Source: Geopsychrobacteraceae bacterium (lineage in GTDB: Bacteria; Desulfobacterota; Desulfuromonadia; Desulfuromonadales; Geopsychrobacteraceae). From it: DNA of 64,000 nucleotides. The stretch is from NCBI GenBank assembly GCA_963662315.1, contig OY759353.1, forward strand, positions 1,824,001-1,888,000. The letters run 5' to 3'. Numbering within the stretch: the stretch's first letter is position 1; each line of letters opens with the position of its first letter. A program made the translations under genes and the position numbers. Shown one piece after another: positions 59,691-64,000 of the stretch. Below the pieces are notes generated by a model that searched no databases, was not told where the DNA came from, and saw only the letters and a program-made list of their open reading frames with translations.

Positions 59691-60698
59691 TCAGCCCGAT
59701 TTTGAAATACCAAATTTCTCCGGCGAATTTTTCCCTGCACCAGAGTCCCAAATCAACCAGGACATAATTGAACGCCAGTTATTAATAAACTCACGCGCCT
59801 GATCACCACTATAGCCCAGAATAGTCAAACCATTCTGGTGGGCGTAATCTTTTACAGTTTCATCATTTAAAGCGGAACTAAAAGCCTTGATCAAGAGGTC
59901 TTTGACAGCTTGAGGCGTTCCTTTTTTTACATAAACACCATAAAAAAATCCGGATGCCTTCATGACATCTTGGTAGGCGGGATTGATCTTGGTGATATAG
60001 GGAACTTCAGGGAAGGTTTTATTCGGTGAATTTTTCATAATCGCCAGCGGTCGCAAATCCCCGCTTTTAATGTAAGGAATCGCAGCACCAACGGCCAACC
60101 CACTGACGCTGACACGGCCACCAAGCAATGCCGTAATCAACGGGCCATCACCGTTAAAGGAAACAGGCTTAAAATCAACGTTTTCAACTTTTTTTATCAA
60201 TTTGGAGGTTACCCAGGGCTGCCCACCAACGCCACTGAGTCCAATGACCACATCGCCCGGTTTCTGTCGCGCAGTCTTGATCAAGTCAGCATAACTCTTG
60301 ATTGGTGATCTTTGCGGAACGACCAGAACCGTCGCCCCCTGAACAAACAACATGACAGGATCAAACTCGTCGTAACTCAGATCCGAAAGGCCAAGAACCT
60401 GGTACAACTGCGGATTTTCAGCGTGATACAAAAGGGTATGGCCATCGGCCTTCTCTTTAAATACAGCTTCAGTGGCCAGAACCCCCGTCTTTCCGGTTTT
60501 GTTCACCATAACGATAGACTGGCCCAGAATTTTTTCAGCAATAGGTGACACCATCCGGGAAATGGTATCTGTACCACCACCGGCGCCCCACGCTATGTAA
60601 CCAATGATGGGTTGAGCCGGATATTCTTCAGCACTCACTGAACCTGCAAGCATGAGCCCTGCAAGCAATAACAGAGCTATCTTCGGCCAAATTTTCAT
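59691..60698 (-). CDS. tripartite tricarboxylate transporter substrate-binding protein (Bug/TctC)
   Basis: YPAQPI, GGGTD..SR, NKTG..G, ADGHTL, ALLGG, PEVP. Confidence 0.9.
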   Translation of the reverse strand: MKIWPKIALLLLAGLMLAGSVSAEEYPAQPIIGYIAWGAGGGTDTISRMVSPIAEKILGQSIVMVNKTGKTGVLATEAVFKEKADGHTLLYHAENPQLYQVLGLSDLSYDEFDPVMLFVQGATVLVVPQRSPIKSYADLIKTARQKPGDVVIGLSGVGGQPWVTSKLIKKVENVDFKPVSFNGDGPLITALLGGRVSVSGLAVGAAIPYIKSGDLRPLAIMKNSPNKTFPEVPYITKINPAYQDVMKASGFFYGVYVKKGTPQAVKDLLIKAFSSALNDETVKDYAHQNGLTILGYSGDQAREFINNWRSIMSWLIWDSGAGKNSPEKFGISKSG

Positions 60699-61210
60699 TA
60701 CATCTTCCTCCTTTTCGGCGTATCAACAACCAATGCACTAAAATATTAAAAAAAATAAAAGAGTCCTCCCCTTCCCTGTTGAAAACCATCCCCCCACTAC
60801 CTAGCAACGCTAGAGAAGACGCTCTAACAAATTGAATTTGTTCAGGGAAAATTGCGTGGATTATAGTCATGAAAAAATAATTAAACAAGACCAATATTTG
60901 TCAAAATAAATGACAATCCCTCTTGCCCGTCTTTTCAAGCCGAAACCACTCCATAATTTAACGGTTTTCAGATCTGGATAAAAATTAAGATTGTACTTTT
61001 TTTTGCAGAGGTAAGAGAGATGAGACACGTTCAACATTCGATTCAAGTAACAGTTTCTGAACTTTGTTATTAAGCCTGCTATTACAAAAAAGCGGCCAGA
61101 ACACAGCGCAGAAGAAAGCCTATGTGGTGTAAATCAAAGGCTTGAAGAGTTAGAAACCTACAGCAACGAATGCAACAAGACGAATAGAAACCCACTGAAA
61201 ACGGAATTTT

Positions 61211-61930
61211 CTATAGTTTCAACCTGCGATTCTGCTGACTGCGAGCCTTGCGGGTCGAAGAGGCATTGGATACGGCAAATTTATCTATATTTTCACGGAA
61301 GTAATCATCAAAACGGGAGAAGTGAGCCTTCAAAATTTCCTTGGCTCCGGCAAGATCATCCTTTTCAATGCAGACAACAAAGGCCTCGTGATCAGCATAG
61401 GTCTTTTCAATATGCTTGGGGCGGCGGGCGCTACGCAAGCGTAGAGCTGAGTGTTTTCCGGACACCTGATTGTAAGCATCGCGCAAGTAGCTGTTATCAC
61501 ACAGATCAAACAAAACAATATGAAAAGAACCGTCAAATACGAGATATTTATCCAAGTCGTCTTTGGCAAGTTGTGACTGCATGGCAGTTAAGTTATCTTT
61601 CAGGGCCTTGATCAGCTTGTCCCGGTTGATTTCGTAGGCCAGGTCCAGTGCTGCAGTTTCAAGGACAAAACGCATCTGGGACAACTCTTTTTGCTCTTTA
61701 GGAGTCAGAGTAAAAACAAAGGTCCCTTTTTGCGGTATGATGGTCACCAGCCCCTCAGCCTTAAGCTGGGCCAACGCTTCCCGAACCGGCGACTTACTGA
61801 TGCCCAGGGATTCAGCCAGAAGTGTCTCTGAAAGAGGTTCCCCCAACATAAAATCTTCGTTTATTATTGCATTACGCAACGTCTCGACAGTACGTTCCGT
61901 GAGACTTTTTGAGCGCTTCAGTGCTTTCAT
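61211..61930 (-). CDS. GntR (FadR/FCD) regulator
   Basis: LSE..LA..LGISKSPVREAL, D..FH, EH-like FCD motif. Confidence 0.92.
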   Translation of the reverse strand: MKALKRSKSLTERTVETLRNAIINEDFMLGEPLSETLLAESLGISKSPVREALAQLKAEGLVTIIPQKGTFVFTLTPKEQKELSQMRFVLETAALDLAYEINRDKLIKALKDNLTAMQSQLAKDDLDKYLVFDGSFHIVLFDLCDNSYLRDAYNQVSGKHSALRLRSARRPKHIEKTYADHEAFVVCIEKDDLAGAKEILKAHFSRFDDYFRENIDKFAVSNASSTRKARSQQNRRLKL

Positions 61931-61995
61931 TCATTTCCCCTTCAACATGTGATAAGCTATGCTATTACGAAAAACTGATTGACACAAGAAAAAAT

Positions 61996-62046
61996 ATCTA
62001 ACATATTAGTTTCGCTTTCCACTTCCTGACATCTGACATGTCAGTT
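61996..62046. promoter_or_regulatory. two related palindromic operators in the gntR/glcD divergent promoter
   Basis: atctaacatattagtt (61996) and atctgacatgtcagtt (62031). Confidence 0.55.
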
Positions 62047-62108
62047 TTATTTTTGTTTCTCCTTTATAGATATATCTCATCTTTGTGCTGAAAGGATAGG
62101 CCAAAGCA

Positions 62109-63515
62109 ATGCTAAACCAAGCGATACTTGACCAGTTAAAGACGATTTGCGGCACGCAGCATGTTACCACCGAAAAAGCTGATTTGATCTGCTATTCCTA
62201 CGATGCCACCCAACGTCAGTTCTTACCCGATGTCGTTGTTCACCCGGCGAATAGTAGCGAAATCAGCGCAATCATGAAGCTGGCCAACGACTATAAGGTG
62301 CCTGTTTTTCCACGCGGTGCCGGCAGTGGCTTTACCGGTGGCAGCCTGCCGACCAGTGGCGGGATCGTCATGGGCCTCTCCCGCCTTGACAGAATTATCG
62401 AGATTGATGAGGAAAACCTTGTCGCGACCGTTGAACCAGGCGTGGTGACCGAAGACTTTCAGAAAGCGGTCGAAAAGGTCGGTCTGTTCTACCCCCCCGA
62501 CCCGGCATCCCTGAAAGTCAGTACGCTGGGCGGAAACGTTGCAGAATGCGCTGGCGGTCCCCGCTGCGTCAAATATGGGGTCACCAAGGACTACATCATC
62601 GGCCTGGAAATCGTCACCCCGACTGGTGATATTATCAAAACCGGCGGGCCGACCATGAAGGGGGTCGTCGGCTATGACCTGACGAAACTCATCTGCGGCA
62701 GTGAAGGAACCCTCGCCGTTATTTCCAAGATCATCATTAAACTGCTCCCAAAACCGGAAGCTAAAAAAACCATGCTGGTCCTGTTCGATTCCATCGATGG
62801 AGCAGCACAAGCGGTTTCAGCCATTATCCGCGGTAAAATCATTCCAACAACCCTTGAATTCATGGATGGCCGTACCCTGGAATGTGTCCGGAACGCCACC
62901 GGTCTTGAAGTTCCGGATACAGCCAACGCCGTGCTTATTATTGAAGTAGACGGTGACCGTGAATTCCTTGATAAACAAGCCGAAAAAATTGCAAACATCA
63001 TCAAACCTCTCGGAGTTGTTGAAACCCGCATTGCCGAGACTCCGGCCGAAAGTGAAGCGTTGTGGCAGATCAGACGCTCCGTCTCCGCATCCTTACGCCG
63101 TGTTAATCCCGATAAATTCAATGAAGATATTTGCGTTCCCCGCTCAAAAGTTCCTGACATGATTCGTAAAATCGATAAGATCTCAGATACCTACGGAATT
63201 CCGATCGTCAACTTCGGGCATGCCGGTGATGGGAATATTCATGTCAACGTCATGATCGACAGTAAGGTTCCCGGCCAGAGCGAAAAAGCTGAAAAAGCCA
63301 TTGAAGAAGTCTTTGCCGGTGCTCTTGAGTTAGGTGGAACCATGAGCGGTGAACACGGGGTTGGTATCATGAAGGCACCCTTTATCGAAATGGAACTTAG
63401 CCGCACCAGTATCGACTATATGAAAACCATCAAAAAAGCCCTTGACCCTAACAATATCCTTAACCCGAACAAAATGTTCCCTTGTGACAAATCCAGTGTC
63501 GCAACAACTCTATAA
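62109..63515 (+). CDS. glcD: FAD-linked oxidase, glycolate/D-lactate dehydrogenase subunit
   Basis: PRGAGSG, YPPDPAS, AGGPRCVKYG, GSEGTL, HAGDGNIH, SGEHGVG. Confidence 0.9.
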   Translation: MLNQAILDQLKTICGTQHVTTEKADLICYSYDATQRQFLPDVVVHPANSSEISAIMKLANDYKVPVFPRGAGSGFTGGSLPTSGGIVMGLSRLDRIIEIDEENLVATVEPGVVTEDFQKAVEKVGLFYPPDPASLKVSTLGGNVAECAGGPRCVKYGVTKDYIIGLEIVTPTGDIIKTGGPTMKGVVGYDLTKLICGSEGTLAVISKIIIKLLPKPEAKKTMLVLFDSIDGAAQAVSAIIRGKIIPTTLEFMDGRTLECVRNATGLEVPDTANAVLIIEVDGDREFLDKQAEKIANIIKPLGVVETRIAETPAESEALWQIRRSVSASLRRVNPDKFNEDICVPRSKVPDMIRKIDKISDTYGIPIVNFGHAGDGNIHVNVMIDSKVPGQSEKAEKAIEEVFAGALELGGTMSGEHGVGIMKAPFIEMELSRTSIDYMKTIKKALDPNNILNPNKMFPCDKSSVATTL

Positions 63516-63535
63516 TCAGGGGAGCGATGAGGTCT

Positions 63536-64000
63536 ATGGTGAAACTGAGAAAACTCGAAGAATTCCGTGCTGAGATTGAACAGTGTGTCAAATGTGGCGG
63601 ATGCCGTGCTCACTGCCCCGCTTTTGGCGCTGAGAAACACGAAGGGCGCGTCGCTCGCGGTAAGATTGCCTTGGCCGACGCTCTGCTAAAAGGAAATGTT
63701 GATCTGGAAGAACAATTCCTCCTCGACATGTCACAATGCCTGCTGTGCGGCAGTTGCTATTCACAGTGTCCAAACAAGGTCCATACTGAAGAAATCGTTG
63801 CGGCAACGCGGCGCGAAATAGCCGAACGTAAAGGGCTGTCAACCTTCGGGAAAGGGGTATCCACGGTACTCAAACATCAAGGATTGATGAATTTTCTGGC
63901 CAAAAGTGGCGGAACCTTTTCAAAGCTGTTGTTCAAAAAGATCCCCGAACAAAGTGGCCTGCGCCTACGCTTTCCCGCACCTTTCATCAGTTCAGACCGA
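63536..64000 (+). CDS. glcF: Fe-S subunit GlcF-like (partial, runs off window)
   Basis: Manual translation: CVKCGGCRAHCP, ARGKI, CLLCGSCYSQCP. Confidence 0.85.
   Translation, partial: MVKLRKLEEFRAEIEQCVKCGGCRAHCPAFGAEKHEGRVARGKIALADALLKGNVDLEEQFLLDMSQCLLCGSCYSQCPNKVHTEEIVAATRREIAERKGLSTFGKGVSTVLKHQGLMNFLAKSGGTFSKLLFKKIPEQSGLRLRFPAPFISSDR

Overview
Bacterial chromosome window of roughly 50% GC (by eye). It is most likely from a Desulfuromonadales-type anaerobic deltaproteobacterium, inferred from gene order and protein families. Left part: a KDG/Entner-Doudoroff cluster (iclR-kdgK-eda-pyk), yciH, a YkgJ-LOG-ATP-grasp trio, RNase P RNA, and the core yqeY-cvpA-mutS2-dnaG-rpoD-tRNA(CAU)-nif3-Zn-ribbon run, with no rpsU ahead of it. 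Middle: nfeD-stomatin, a non-canonical cytochrome bd-superfamily/cytochrome c cluster with a 7-heme cytochrome, a probable pseudo-rhomboid, cheX-cheY-pilZ, a double-domain ThyX-like gene, a sigma54-driven pair of paralogous small membrane proteins (one fused behind a receiver domain), an ErcA/ErcS-like pair, a diguanylate cyclase and a two-PrkA/YeaH/SpoVR operon. Right: bfd, an 8-gene cfa/DUF1365 fatty-acid-modification operon, and an accessory region. That region holds a DQDRDR-repeat protein, a 38-bp perfect palindrome, a PepSY-TM gene with an in-frame UGA, two orphan Bug/TctC receptors and a Roadblock-TM-PBP-OmpA fusion, followed by gntR-glcD-glcF. No CRISPR array, rRNA, integrase or transposase was seen. 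All family calls come from motif recognition by eye; no database searches were run.
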